Shown: positions 24,601-38,904, numbered from the stretch's first letter. The stretch is DNA of 64,000 nucleotides from Camelus dromedarius (GCF_036321535.1 NC_087454.1:17422001-17486000); one strand, 5' to 3'. The notes: a model not told the origin generated them from the sequence alone. A program made the numbers and translations.

Positions 24601-26684
24601 CTTCTCAGTGAGACCCTCCCTGACCTTTCTTCCACTCCCAGAGCCAGAGATGCCTTCTGGGAGGGCGAATATGGTCTGGCAGATGGTGATGCCGAGAGGG
24701 TGGTCTGTCAGTACAGCATGGTGAGCAATGCCATGAGCAAAGGCACTGCTGGGACACAAGTGGCTGTTTAACCAGTGACTCCAGGGACTTCCTCTGGGTT
24801 GCCTGGCAATGAACTGGGAACGATGGCTGCTTCTCTCCCTGTGGGAGGATCAGCAAATGTTCCCAGGTGCTGGGAGGCTGGCGCTCCCAGCTGACACCCA
24901 CACAGAAAATGTTTCCTCTCCTCATTCAAGTCTGGTGTCATGCTTTTCTCTATGGAAAGGAACAGCACGGGCACTGGGTCCCCTTTTGGAGCACAGCCCC
25001 TCTGTGCATCAGGCTGTTCCCTTCCCTGACACATGACCCAGGGCGGCAGGAGAGCAGGCACCACACATCTGCTGACTTCTGCCCACACGTTCCAGCAGGC
25101 ACAAGTGACACTGTGCCTGCCGATGAGACAGACACTAGTCCAAAGTAGGAAGACATATTAGCAGGTGTTAAATGACCTCTGGAGGTGGTCCTCTGTGTAG
25201 AGGAGTGGAAATAATCTTTTATTAAGGGGTTGAAATGGAACGTTTTAATCATGATTTTAATTACCTTGTGTCTCATCTTCTCAAATGCTCTTCATGAAAA
25301 TTACAAACCAACACCTCTTTCTGAAATTTTTCGTTTAGCCCCTTGTATGCCCCCTTTCTTTTGTCCATTCTTTTCCCACTAGCTCTCTTTCCTCTCCAAT
25401 TAGCATCAACTTTTTTTTCGAGCAGCACTTAAAAAAAGATCTTTCTTGTTTTCCTGCTAGTGGTCAGTGTTGAATACGTGGGGACCCTATCCCAACTGCA
25501 CTCCGTGGATGCCCCAGTGGTACCCAGTCACTGGGACTACCAGCTCAGCTCAGGTTTCCGGGGCCTGCATCCGGATCGTGGAGCCGCACTTGCAGAGCAG
25601 TCCTCTGGCTCCATCAGTAGGACCCACACTGCTCAGCTCTCCCCTGTGACTCAGCAGTCACACCTGAGAATCAGACAAGTCTTCCTTGTTGCCCAAATTC
25701 ACTGCTATCCAAGCTAGAGTTGGATTGGGAGGAATGCAGTTCTGAACTCATTTCATTAATTAGATTATAACGCTCACTCTGTGCCAAGCACTAACTTATT
25801 TTATTTAAACTTCATAATAAGTGGATGAGGTAGGTGCTGTTACTATTCCGTTTTGTAGATTGGGAGACCAAGGCACAGAGAGATTAAGTAATTTTCCCAG
25901 GACATATACCTCATAAAATGGACAGATGGGGAAGGTGTGCAGATGAGAATAAGGCACAGGGAATTAGCTTGGTACTGTTACTGGGAAGGTAAAGGAGATA
26001 ATACGTAAAGACCTCAGAAGAGCACAAACCCACAGGGAACCCTTGGTAAATGCTTGTTGCTATTTGCTACTGTTATTATCATAAGGGTAATGATTTAATT
26101 ATACAATGAAACCAATGTCCTAGTAGTCCAAGGAGCTAACAATTGTCTCTTTGGTGGTTCTGTTTGATTTGATTTGGTTATTTGTTACTCTTAATTTCAT
26201 GTTCTTTGTACTTTAGTCTTTAAGTAAGAAGCACCAGATATAAGGCCCTGCTCTTTTTTAGTTTTAGGTGAGTTATGATATTCTGAGAGAGAGCAGTGGG
26301 AATGCAATTTTAAGAAAATAAGAAGGCAGTTGATTTTAAACAATTTACTCTTTTTATTTGTACCCAACACAAATGAAGTGACAGCAACCTTGAAGACAGA
26401 TTGTTGTGAATTCTGAGACAGTGTGAGATATGAAAATAAAACCACAGGTTTGACTGTCCATCAGACCCTATCTTGCAACACAATGCGATCTTGAACAAAT
26501 TATTTTCCCTTTTCGTCCTCAGTTTCCTTGTCTGGAAAATGGAACCAATGATGATCACCCACCTCAGAGGATGGAGGTGAAGATTAAGTGGGGATAATGT
26601 CTTGGCACATACTACACACTGAAAACCATGTCCTCTCTTCCCTCTGTTTGCGCTTATATATGTCCTCGGTTTATCTCTGGAGGT

Positions 26685-27340
26685 ATTTGTTATCTATTTC
26701 TGCATCACAAATTATCCCAAAACTTAGTAGCTTCAGGATCTAAGCTCAGCCAAGCTGGGTTCTCTGGATTTCTCACAAGGCTACATTTAAGATGTGATCA
26801 GGTATAGCACAGGGAAATATATACAAGATCTTGTGGTAGCTCACAGCAAAAAAAAAAAAAAAAATGTGACAATGAATATATGTATGTTCATGTATAACTG
26901 AAAAATTCTGCTCTACACTGGAATTTGACACAACATTGTAAAATGACTATAACTCAATAAAAAAATGTTAGAAAAAAAAGATGTGATCAGGACTGCAGTC
27001 ACCTCAAAGCTCATTGTGGGTTCAATCCACTTCCAAACCCATGCATGTGGTTGTTGGTAGGACTCAGTTCCTCAAGGGCTATTAAACTGAAGTCCTCAAG
27101 TCCTTGATGGTTGTTTCTTGTCATGTGGGCAGCTCATTATGGCAGCTGGCCTTCTTATGAAGGAATGAGCAAGTGAGAGGCTAAAAGCAGGGGCCCAAGA
27201 CAGAAGCCTCAACCTTGCATAAACAAATCTCAGAAGTAACACACCATAGCTTTTGACATATTCTATTTGTAAAAAGCAAGTCACCAGGTGCAGCACACAC
27301 TCAAGAAAAGGGGACAACGCAGGGGTATGAACCCTGAAAG
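26685..27340. mobile_element. MLT1 LTR interrupted by a young L1
   Basis: tatttgttatctatttctgcatcacaaattatcccaaaacttagtagctt...tggttgttggtaggactcagttcctc. Confidence 0.6.
26803..26977 (+). mobile_element. Young 5'-truncated L1 3' end with perfect 14-bp TSD
   Basis: tatagcacagggaaatatatacaagatcttgtggtagctcacagc...aactcaataaaaaaatg; TSD aagatgtgatcagg at 26789-26802 and 26978-26991. Confidence 0.85.
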
Positions 27341-28934
27341 GCAGGGGTCATTGGGGTTATGTTAATAGATATATCCTTCACACTGGATATATCACAAACT
27401 GATTAAAGCCAGGTGAAACTGTCTTCTTGATCCAGTGTCTTTAAATATGGAAGTATACCTCTGGTTGAGTGCAGGTACAAGGTCTCATGCTCAGGCATCA
27501 CCTTTGCAGAAATATTTCTTTGAATTTCTGATTGCTTCTGTCATTTGCCTCACTGAAGCTGCTGTATCACTGGAAACTACATTTCCCAGGCTCTCTTGCT
27601 CTCTGGCTTCCAGTAGATTTGACCAATGGGAGTCACTGGTGGAACATGTTGGTGAGACCCGTTCCTACTTTGCTTCCTGGGGTTTCTCCAGCCTGATTGA
27701 TACTTTTTGGCTCCAATCCCATGGCTAGCTCATCTCCTGGTGTTCTCAGCTCCTGTCTTAGCAGCCGTTCCAGCTTCATGGGGAGGGAGGGGGGCTGTGT
27801 CCCCTAGATGATAATAGAACCTCTTTTTCCCTTTGTCCCTCTAGCCCTTGGAGAACTTCTTGTTAAGTGTCCCTCAACTTCTTGCAGCTGCTTATCTTTG
27901 GTTACTCCTCATCTTTCTTTTGTTTTCTTAACTCTCTCATTATCTATTTATCTAATTACCTCTGTTAAATTCCTTCTATACAAAGGCCCTGGAACAGTTT
28001 TTAACTGGACTGTACTAATACACTGACAAATGGCGGGACTGAACCCAGCTGAAACATAGGTCTTTCCTGAGCAAGTCACTTACAGAGTAGTATTTGCAGC
28101 ATTTTCTAAAACGTTTGCAGTGCTAAATATCTGCCCTGGTCCTCATGCTGCTGGAAGTCCAGAGGGTGGTTGCTTCATCAGGATAGAGCTTCACCACTCT
28201 GGGCTCAAGTATCCTGTTCTATAAAGTGGAAGGCTTTGTGATATCTGTGGTCTCTTAAATCTCTGAATATTAGGGGCTCCAGAATTTCTCCACAGAGAAA
28301 GTTTAGGAAACACTTTCTAAACTGGTTTGGTTGGGAAGTGGGTGGGAGCACTTTATGCAAGACCAAAGTTGGGGGGAGGGGTAAGAAAAGAAAACAAAAA
28401 CCCCAAACCCTCAGTTGTCCACGTCACAGAAGGGGAGGGTAATTGGGTTAGACTGTGGGAGAAGCTAATGTGGATTGTGCTATGACTTCATAAAATAAGT
28501 ATGTTGTCTTAAAAATTGCTTCCTGTTTCCTACTCTACCCCCTGCTTTCTACCCACTTTAAATAATAATAATAATAATAATGCTTAGAAATAAAGTTTAA
28601 AAATATGAAAATAAAACTTCACTGTATTTGATATAACAATAGTTTATAAAGGATGGTAGAATTAGTCGCTGGAATAATCTCACCAGGAGGAGACACAGTA
28701 CAGGAAAGCTCTCTTAATTTAAGTTCCTGCATCTTTAGATACAGTTTTGCCATCTGGAAAATGATGATAATAATAGCATGTAGGGTTATTATAAAAATTA
28801 AGTGAGTATTTGTAAAGTGCTTTGAACAGTGCCTGATACATAGTATTTACTCTTTGGTAAACTTTATATATGTGCTGCTATATGCTAAATTATAATTGAC
28901 TATATTTGTAAATGATATAAATTATACTAGAATT

Positions 28935-29010
28935 GGGGGAGGGTATAGCTTGGTGGTAGAGTGCATACCTAACATGCACAAGGTCCTGGGTTCAATCCCC
29001 AGTACCTCCA

Positions 29011-29043
<33 letters not shown>

Positions 29044-29047
29044 AAAT
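28935..29047 (+). mobile_element. tRNA-Ala-derived SINE (camelid Vic-1-like)
   Basis: gggggagggtatagcttggtggtagagtgc...ggtcctgggttcaatccccagtacctcca followed by a (TAAA)n tail. Confidence 0.85.
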
Positions 29048-29529
29048 ATCATGGCTACTGTAAGTCTGGAGAATTCAAGTAAGAACCGCTGTGAGAAAAA
29101 GCAAGTTGGTAGTCACCTAGAAAAAGAAGGGTTTGTAGGATGGTGACTTGATCAATGTATCTTTTCCACAAAATAGAACAGTTTACACAAGTGTCCTCAG
29201 GGTGGAGGAGCTGATTGATTGGGGGACTATTGCTTCATGAAAAGATCCTTTTTTATAAACTCTGTGCTCAAAAAGTATCCTTTAGTCTGTTATCTCTGGC
29301 GTCCTGATCAGAAAGTAAGCACATTTCTGATCCTTATTTTTAATATCAAGTATGTCTCTTCCTATAAATTAATTAATGACATGGCTTATAAATTCAGTTC
29401 ATGGGAATTTAAGTTTGTATAATCATAGTAATAGGTAACATCTATGGTTGTTTACTATGCATCAGTGTAACAAGCAGTTCAAAAACATTATTTTATCTAA
29501 TCATAGCATACTCCTACTGAGTCAATAAT

Positions 29530-29880
29530 AGTTGTATCAGTTAGATTTTGCTAAATTATATAACAAACAATCCTCAAATCTTGGTCGATGACAATAGTAA
29601 AGGTTATTTCAGGATCATGTCACATTTTTTTGTCGATTGGCTGTGACTCTGCTCCACATTTTCTTCCTGGAGGGACCCAGACTAAAGGAATATGACAAAG
29701 AGATTGCATCGCTCGTAACCATTCTACAGGAAAGGGTGTACGCCTCACTTCTACTCACATTTTATCAACCAAAGCAACTCCCAGGTTGATGACTGATGTT
29801 GATGTGGTGGGAAAGTATACTCACAGGGGGAGGCAAATTATAAATCCACATCAATGGGCAGGGATGTATATTCCTTCCAA
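29530..29880. mobile_element. MLT1 LTR fragment
   Basis: gtatcagttagattttgct...aacaaacaatcctcaaatcttgg...aaaggttatttc. Confidence 0.5.
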
Positions 29881-30049
29881 AAAGGGCAGAAAAAAATTGA
29901 GAGGTAAAACTACAATCGACTCTACTATCCTCGTCCAAATTTTAGACATGAGAAACTTGAGAAATAGAGTTTAGTAAATATCTTAAAGTCTCAAATTTAA
30001 TAAGTAATAGGATTGGGATCTGAAATGGAGTTGTTGGTCTCCAGAACTG

Positions 30050-30580
30050 TGACAGCCAGACTCCAAAATTTCCCCAGTAATTCTCATCTTGTATGCAAGC
30101 ACTGTGTAGTTCCCTTCCAAACTGAATAGGACTGACCTATGGAACTAATGGAATATTGTGATTTATGAAGTTACGTTAAAAAAGATATTGTGACTTCCAT
30201 TTTGCTCTCTCTTGGATTACTCATTCTTGGAGAAGCCAGTTGTGATGTAGTGAGTCCTCAAGCAGCTGGATGAACAGGTACATATGCCAAGGAACTAAGG
30301 CCTTCTGTCAACAGCCAACACCACCCTGCCAGTCATGTGAGCCACATGAGCCACCTGCAAATTAGACCTTCTATCCCCAATCAAATTTTCAAGTATTAGC
30401 CATAGTTAATATCTTGGCTCCTATCTTATCAGAGATCCCAAGACAAAACCACCCAGTTAAGTCACCCCCAAATTCCTGACCCATGGAAACTGTGTGAGAT
30501 AATAGATGCGTATTATTATTTTAAGCCACTAAATTCTGGGATAATTTGTTATGCAGCAATACAAAACTATACATGAGTGT
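30050..30580. mobile_element. MLT1 LTR
   Basis: ggagaagccagttgtgatg...gccaaggaactaaggcc...ttttaagccactaaattctgggataatttgttatgcagcaata. Confidence 0.65.
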
Positions 30581-31809
30581 GTGTCTAACCATTATACCAA
30601 TCTGCCGTCATGTATAAATTAACAATCTTGGGTAAACGTATAGATATTACATTTATAAACCAGTAAACCCATATAATTTCGGGAGAATGGAGTGGAACAT
30701 GTAAAGGGATGCTGAAGAAATAATAGCAAGTTTGATAGACAAAGAGAGAAAAGTAAAGAACAGAGAAAAGATACATAAGGCCAAATGCAATATGTTCTTG
30801 TTCATTGAACCATCTCTTCTAAAGACACCAGCAACATCTTTGAAAAAAGAGATGCTGAAGAGGTTGATTAGGAAAATGCTTATGAGTTAATGGAAAAGTA
30901 AGTTAATATCTCTTAAGTCATTCTCACAGAACCCACTTTTCAGACGGAAGAGAGTATTTCTCAGACTCCTGCCAGGATTAAGGGATCTGTGTTTTGACTC
31001 TTAAGAGTATATATGTAGACACATATTTTATATTCTTAAGCTCTTATGGGCCAAGAAAGGATACTGAATCCTCTACCTCATCCCCAGATCCAAACTACTC
31101 TCCACCTGCACCTTCAGTACAGACCCTTCCTACCACCAGATTCTAAAGGTTTTCCTTCCTGACAGCCAAGTGGCCAAGTCACTAACCTTTCTCAGGCATT
31201 TATCTTGAAACAATAATGGGTTCTTGGAACTTCCATATACTTCAACACCCAAATTCACTTTAGAATCATTTATTAGGTTTACTGTTTTTATGTATTTTTT
31301 TTGTTTTGCTTTTATAGATGTGTTTAGCCTTAGGCCAATTTAGAACAATTTAACTCTTGAGTTTAGAGCTTACAGTGTGTGTATATGTGTGTGTGTATAG
31401 TGTAAAATATATAAGATATAAAAATATATCTACTATATAAGATATAAAAATAAAGAGACTAAGATCACCTCTTAAACTATAGTTCATAACAGTGTTCCTT
31501 CAATCTGCTGATTGAGATCCATTATTTATGAAATCAATTTATTTGGTTTTAGTCAGCTTTATCGAAACTAAATAGAGAGGAGAGGAGAGGGAAGAGATAA
31601 GAAGGGAAGAGAGAAAGAAATAGCAGAGAAAATTGCATTTAAAGGAAAATCTATTCCTTCCTCAAAGTTTTGTTTTAGTTAGGGTATGTATGATGGCATG
31701 TGAGTGTGAACATATGATGTAAAACATGCTTCTTAATGCAGGTTATAATCAAAAATTTTTCTTAAAAAAATTATAACTGACCAGCTAATAAACTTTTGAA
31801 AATAAACTG

Positions 31810-32400
31810 AAACCATTACTATTTAGGCTACAAAGTACCCCAAAACTTAGTTGCCTAAAACAACAACCATTTTATTATACTAGTAGATTCTTCAAATCAG
31901 AACCTCAGAGAGAGCAGAGTGGAGCTCGCCTGTCTCTATGCATGATATTTGGAACTTCAGCTGAAAAGACTTGAGCACTGGAATTTCTAATCAGCTAGAG
32001 ACTCCCCTCACATTTCTGGTCCTTGAACAAAGATGGTTCAAAGACTCCAATGACTTGCCAGAGTCTCCAAACATGGTCTCCACAAGCAGCTTGGCTTTCT
32101 CACAACATGGTGGCCTCAGAGTCACCAAAATGTTTACAAGATAGATAGTCCAGAGACCAAAGCGTAAGGGTTCTAGCAAGTAAGGCAGATGCTGTGTTAC
32201 TTTTTAAGACCTGGTCTTGGAAGCCACACTGCCTCCCTTCCTCCACACTCTATCGGTATAAGCTGTCACAAGTTCACTCAGAATCAAAGGGATCAGAATT
32301 AGACTTGACGTGGAAGCATCAGGACTCACCAGAGAAGGGAACATGAGTCAGGAGAAATTGTTGTGACCATTTTGGGGAAATTAAATTTGCTATATCATAT
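31810..32400. mobile_element. MLT1 LTR
   Basis: taccccaaaacttagttgcctaaaacaacaaccattttattat...cacaacatggtggcctcag. Confidence 0.6.
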
Positions 32401-32989
32401 AACCAAGAGAATGTCCACAAGTAGTAGACTGCATAAGTAAATACAATGGGCTATGTATACAAATGAAATTTTAAACTGCAGTGCCTATCAACAAACTAGA
32501 GAGATCTCCACACCAATATAATACAGAGGGATGGATCTTGTTCAGGGGGAAAAAGCAAGACACAAAAGATTAAATCCACTATGGGTTCGCATACATACAT
32601 TTCAAAATCAGGACAAACTAAACCTTATTGCTATGGATACATATATAAATGATAAATCTGTGAATAAAAAGGCAAGGATATAATTTCAGTGAAAGTCCAG
32701 ATAAAGAGCAGAAGGAGGCAACAGACAGTATCTGGATGTTAGGGAAACTCAGCACACATTTTTTTAAAAAATAAGCTTCATTATATTTTAAAGATTTTAA
32801 ACGGGTTTGCTACTAATAAAGTAATCCATACTTACGGTAGAAACTTTGAAAAGCCATTAAAGTTTTGACATAAGAATAAAAGTCATCTCCATTTCCTCAA
32901 CTTTGGAGAATCTATGTCACATTTAGGTATATTTTCCCCTTCTGTCAAAAGTGTTATAATATGATGACATACAGAGAGAAACTGTTTTT

Positions 32990-34700
32990 TGTCTTAAGGA
33001 AACTTTTTGTTTTGAACTAATTTTAGATTTACAGGAAAGCTGCAAAAATAGTACCAAAAAATTCCTTATATCCCTCAACTGGCTTCCCCTAATGTTAATG
33101 TCTTGTGTAACCAAAATCAGTTATGAAGAACTGGGAATGGACATTGGTAACATATTGTTAACTAAACTTTAGACTTTATTCAAATTTAACAAACTTTTCC
33201 ACCAAGTACTTTTTCTGTACCAGAATCTTATTCAGGATCCCACATTGGCTTTACTTAATATTTGTCCTTAGTCTCTCCCAGTCTGTAATGATTCCTTAGT
33301 CTATCCTTTTCTTTCATGGCCTTTACATTTTTGAAAAGTATCGATCAGTTAAAGAATGTCCCTTGATTTGAATTTGTCTGATATTTTCTCATCGTTGCAG
33401 TAGCTTATGCATTTTGCCAGGAAATATCACAAAAATGATAGTGTCCTCAATGCAAGGACATCGTGATGTTGATAGGTCTTACTACTTATGAGGCTTACTT
33501 TGCTCACTTAGTTAAAGCGGTGTCTGCTGGGTTTCTCCACTGTAAACTCACTACCTTTCTCTTTGTAGTAGATAGGTATCCTGGGGAAGATATTTGAAGA
33601 CGATGCAAATCCCAATTCTGCTTAAAGTTTTATTCAATGATTTTAGCATCCTGTGGATTTTATCTGCAGCAGGGAATAGTTGTCCCTTCTCCTTATGTAT
33701 AAATTTATTTATGGATATATAGTTTGTCTATGAGTTAAAATCCAATATTATCAATTTTTATTTTTTGCTCATGGTAACGGCTTCAGGTATTACTAGCTCC
33801 TTTGACTGGTTTGCATGGTTTTTTGTTTGTTTGTTTATTTTGTTTTGTTTTCAACAAATTTTCATTCTGTTTTAAACATCTTACTTTCTGACACCACAAG
33901 GTGTTCCAGGCCCACCCTGTATTTTCCCTTCTCCAGCCTTGTTGTCTATCACTTCTCCAAGGAGACCTGGTTCTTTTGATTGGAGAACGATACTTAAGAA
34001 ACAAAGATTGTCTGCCAGGTGTGCTAACTGCTTCTAGGGTGTCACTGCTCATAGGCCTTCTCAGCTGACAGTGCAAGACAGTATATGAATAAGTTAATTC
34101 ATGTGCACACACACACATATGTTTCTATATCTATAAAACTAGGTATATTTCAAAATATGCATTTATATTAATATTTCCGATTCTAATCCAGTACAACGAG
34201 GTTCATTTTAGCCAAATACTTCTTTTTTCACTAGTGAGAACACTGGATCTCATTTTCTACACCATATTTGCTTCTTTGTTCAATTCTAGTAGACACAAAA
34301 ATAGTTTCAGAATTGGGGTTAACCCAAATTCCTAAGAGAAACGCTTTCATTAGATTACAACCTTTATATATAGTTACTTTTGTCTTTAGTCTTGTACTAT
34401 CCCATCAAGATACTGTTTTCTGCAGTTGCTTAAGTTAATTTTTATCTTCCCCAATCCCTTTAGTGTTAGTGTGTTGTTAATTAAATGCAGTTTGGTTCAT
34501 TTGTTAGGTGCTTAAATTCTGTTTTGAGTTCCCCATACCTATTGCTTTTAATAGTTTGTTTATTTTGCTGCTATATGAAACAGTACTGTAGTTGTAAAAG
34601 TCACAGTTACACAAGAAGACATACTCAGAAAACTGTCAATCCCTTCTCATCCCTAAGACTCTGTTCTCATCTTCCTCTTCTTTCCACTCCTTCCTAACCC
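32990..34700 (-). mobile_element. Old L1 (L1MC-like) fragment
   Basis: ttttgaactaattttagatttacaggaaagctgcaaaaatagtacc...aactaaactttagactttattcaaattt...caggatcccacattg. Confidence 0.65.
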
Positions 34701-36605
34701 ACACCCCTATCGTAGATAACCAATCTCATTCATTTTTAATTTATTCTTTCTGTGTATCTTTTGCACAAACAAGCCAAAAAATGTGTTTTTTTTAGATCCT
34801 TTTCATTCTGCTACAGAGGGTATCATACGGTAGATATTCTTTTGCAGTTAGCTTTTTCACTTAACCATGTAGCCTGGAATTCATTCCTTCTTCATTCATA
34901 GGGATCTTCCTCGTTCATTATTGCAGCTGCATATTCCTCAATTGTGCAGATGTGTCCTAGTTGATTCAGTCACTTTTATATGTGGATATTAAAGCTCCTT
35001 CCAATATTTTACAGTTCCAAATGATGCTGCAATAAGTGAATAACCCTGGGTATGGACCCTCCCATTTTAATTATTGAATTAAACAAAAAGAATCACAATT
35101 TCTGAAATAATAAATAGCCCTTTAGAAGAAAACCTTTCCAGAAATGCTCTACACCAAAAACCAAGACAGAGTGCCTCTTAAAAGAGTTCACTAGGAGAAA
35201 GTCTGTACCAACAGATAGAGATCTACAGGTGGTCTTCATGGTGTCACCATGTCTGTGCTCATTCAACACGCCCCTTATGAGGAAGCTGGGGAGGGGCTAA
35301 GCAAAAAAGCACCCCTTCCCCAAACTCTCTTCAATAGTCCAATCATGGTAACCTAATAAAATAGAAAAATCCAGAAGCAAGCAGTTAGAGCCCAGAATTT
35401 GGGAGTAAAAGGAACCAAGCATAAGCTTCTCTTTCCTTTCAGCTTTTCTATAAATCACATTGTTCCTCTTATCCCAGCTGCCATCATGTTCAAAATGGAA
35501 ATGTTACAGAGGGCTCCCCATTTTTAATGACTCAGGGTTCCTTAGAGGCTTAAAAAAGTCAATAATAGGAAATTACTTTTTTAGTTTATTAGAGAGTAAT
35601 ACACTTGAGAATATATCACGGCTACAAAAGTTCAAGAAACTGCATGAGGAAGACTCTGCCTACTCTGGCCATATGAGTTCATGCTGAAAAAAAAAATACA
35701 TTTTACACCAAAGCACCGAGCACCCAGTCAAAAGCTGTGTCCATAACTGAAACTACATGGGTTGGGCTCTGATATTTTACATTCTATTCTAGTTCATTAA
35801 AAAAAAAAACACACAGCATTTTGGCCTTGTGCTACAAAATTGATTTCACAGCCTTTAATGATCATTCAGAACTGCAACCAGAAAAACACTGTTCGTTAAG
35901 AGCATGTACTTTGAAGTCAGACAGATGTGAGCTGGAATCTTGAATGCACATCTTACCAATAGTCTTCACAGGAGAATTTCTTAACCTATGTAAATCCATT
36001 TCCTTGTATATAAAATGGGTATACCATCTAGCAGGATAAGAGTATATCTCTATCTTACTTTTTGCTGAGTAAGAATGCAGGTAGCACATAGTCCAGCAGC
36101 CAATAAATGGAAAACGTAATTTTTATTAAGAATAATAAAATGTGACAAGAAGTGGGGATCTGTACTGGGGAATTCTGGTGGTTCACAGGCAGCCAAGGTC
36201 CAATCCATCTGCTATAGATGGAGAATAACAAAGCAGAGGATCCTTTTCAGTTACTCTTCTTTCTTCTTCTCCAGCCCACTCTACTGCCCCGTCGGTTGTG
36301 AATCCAAGGAAGTGAGGATTATAGTGTTGCTGCCCCCATCTTCCCAACCTGTGGTCATATCCAGCACGGACTTCTCTTTGAAGGTCTTGCAGGCAATTCA
36401 GAAATCCACAGGAATACTCATGACAGGAAATACTTTTGACCTGTTGGTCAGATCCAAGTAAGAATGGCAGTGGTTCGCAGAACTGGCTGGCATCAGAGAC
36501 ACCTGAGGACCTTGTTAAATATTCAGATTCTGAGACTCCCTGAAGTTATCCATTCACAATCATCTGGTGAAAGACTTTGGAATCTACATTTGAAACCCAT
36601 GTACA

Positions 36606-36692
36606 GGGAGATGGATATAGCTCAATGGTAGAGCGCACGTGTAAGGTCCTGGGTTCAAATTGCGGTATCTCCATTAAAACAAACAAACAAAC
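36606..36692 (+). mobile_element. tRNA-Ala-derived SINE, diverged
   Basis: ggatatagctcaatggtagagcgcacg...ggtcctgggttcaaat...ctccattaaaacaaacaaac. Confidence 0.75.
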
Positions 36693-38372
36693 ACATACGA
36701 ACACCCTAAATAGTTCTGATATAGCTGACAGATCATCAGAGAAATGGAAACTTCTGTTGTTATTCTTATTTCAAATAAATGCTTGATGTAATAGTGGCAG
36801 ATCCTCAATGCTTTCTTTAAGTCTGTCATAGTTTTATTTGTAGAAAACACCATGCTCTGTAGGAGATGAGCATGAGTTACAAGAACACAGAATTTAAAGA
36901 GCTAAATAGCGCCAAGTCAGAAGTAGTATGGAATACATAGAATAAAGCAAGGCATTTAAGAGGAAACTTCAATGTATTCAGAAAATTTCAACTATTTAGG
37001 GAAGTGGCTTTGTTTGTTATTGAAAATGAATATAACCCCACTACTCTAGGATCAAGTGTCCACAAAATCAGTTTCCTTAGCAACCATCAATTGGTCTGTT
37101 TTGGAACCTTATCCCCTCTCTTTTTATTTTAATATATACAAAGGATATATTTATTTTTCACTAGCATGCAAAAATTACTTTAAAAATGTTTACACATTAA
37201 GGCTTTACAAAAGATAATTTACACTTCTTTTATACCAGATTCAGCATTATTTTAAATGAGACTGTGAAATATTTTATTAATGTTGTATCAAAGATATATA
37301 TTCTCATTTATTGCAATAGTAGAGACTGTTGTGTATGGAGAAGATTTGAGGCAATGGAACTAAACTTAATGTGATATCCAATGCTATGTTACAATCAGCC
37401 ACACCCACAGAATTGTATCATACCACCTTATAGCACCAGCTAAAATTGTATTTTATTTCAAATGGCTTGCAGTTTTAAAAGAGAATCCCATCCAGACCAG
37501 TTTCCAGGAATAATTTCCTTTGTTGAGTTTTCATTGCCAACATGTATTCTTTGTTGATTGCCAATGTGTACTACCTAAACAAAACCACTATTTTCAGAGA
37601 ACTTGCAAAGGATGACTTCATAGGACAAGAACTTAATTTGGATGGTCTTCCAAAGCTCGGCTTCTAAAATAGAAATCTGAACTTTTCATTCAATCCTACA
37701 CGTAACTTGTTTTCTTTTTTTGTGGAGCTCTGGGAAGCATAGGGCCATAGTCTTCAAGACTGAAGCCATATTTGCTATGTGGAGTAGTCATTCATCTGTT
37801 ATTTAGTGATAGGAGAGTCTGGGTTTCTCTAGTAATGGAAATAGATATGTTATACTCTGTATTACTCATTTAGTTCCTTCTTATGATCAACACTTGAATT
37901 TCATTTCTAAAAAGTATAATACTATTTGATCCTGAAGCACAAGCCAGAAGAATTCAGTAAGACAGCAGACAAATACTTCAAAGTGCGCCTCCACTTCCAG
38001 TGACTTTGTGGACATCTTCATGTTATTTGAAAATTAATCATTTTCCATCTGTGTGCCCTGACTATTTTGGACCCCCTCCTTTTCCAAATATCTTGAATTC
38101 AATGTATCTAAACTCATGGAGCAGTTGTCCAGAGGAAGAGAAGCAACAGCCCCGCCCCCAACCCTTGGGAACAGAAAGGAAAAGAATTATCCTAAGGAAT
38201 TGTTTAAAAACCCTGATGCAGTAGACAGAAATAAAACGATGGCTGCATAGATTGATGTCCCAGGGGTCCAAAATTTAACCCCATATGGTCAATAATCTGT
38301 TTAGCATTAAACTAAACCAGTTTGATGAACTCAAATGCCCTCGGCTCAATAGTCAGGACTCTCCGAGGAGCC

Positions 38373-38384
38373 TGTGTTACTTCC
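38373..38384 (+). promoter_or_regulatory. H1 TG box upstream of H1-4
   Basis: TGTGTTACTTCC about 530 bp upstream of the ATG; an E2F-like GGCGGGAAA lies at 38570-38578; core promoter masked (38699-38894). Confidence 0.7.
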
Positions 38385-38904
38385 ATCACTTAAGCGCAGA
38401 TTTGTAATAAAAATCTTAATGTCAGTGACATGGTTTTTGGACATATAAGAACCTAACCACTTGGAGAATCATACTTGAGAGGTCAGAAAACTCCAGAGTT
38501 AAAGATCGGTTTATAATTTACGAAGAAAATAGAAAGTTTTGTTTCTCTGAGTTGAAATTTGACGAGCACGGCGGGAAATATTGCTGGTTTTTGGCATAAG
38601 GTTTTGTGCTTTCCTCCTAATTTGAGACCTGTGTGAAGCCTGAGGCTTCGGGGATTATTTTCTGAGAAAAATCGGGCAATTCGGTGTAGAGAATTTTGNN
38701 NNNNNNNNNNNNNNNNNNNNNNNNNNNNNNNNNNNNNNNNNNNNNNNNNNNNNNNNNNNNNNNNNNNNNNNNNNNNNNNNNNNNNNNNNNNNNNNNNNNN
38801 NNNNNNNNNNNNNNNNNNNNNNNNNNNNNNNNNNNNNNNNNNNNNNNNNNNNNNNNNNNNNNNNNNNNNNNNNNNNNNNNNNNNNNNNNNNNNNTGTCTT
38901 CAAC

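Noticed and set aside
25460-25717. GC-rich short ORFs at 24.4-25.7 kb as a processed pseudogene
   Set aside because: No recognisable protein, poly(A) tail or TSD
35173-35188. Orphan stem-loop core CTCTTTTAAGAG on the minus strand
   Set aside because: Outer base pairs missing, no CCAAA/ACCCA flanks, no HDE and no convincing histone pseudogene upstream
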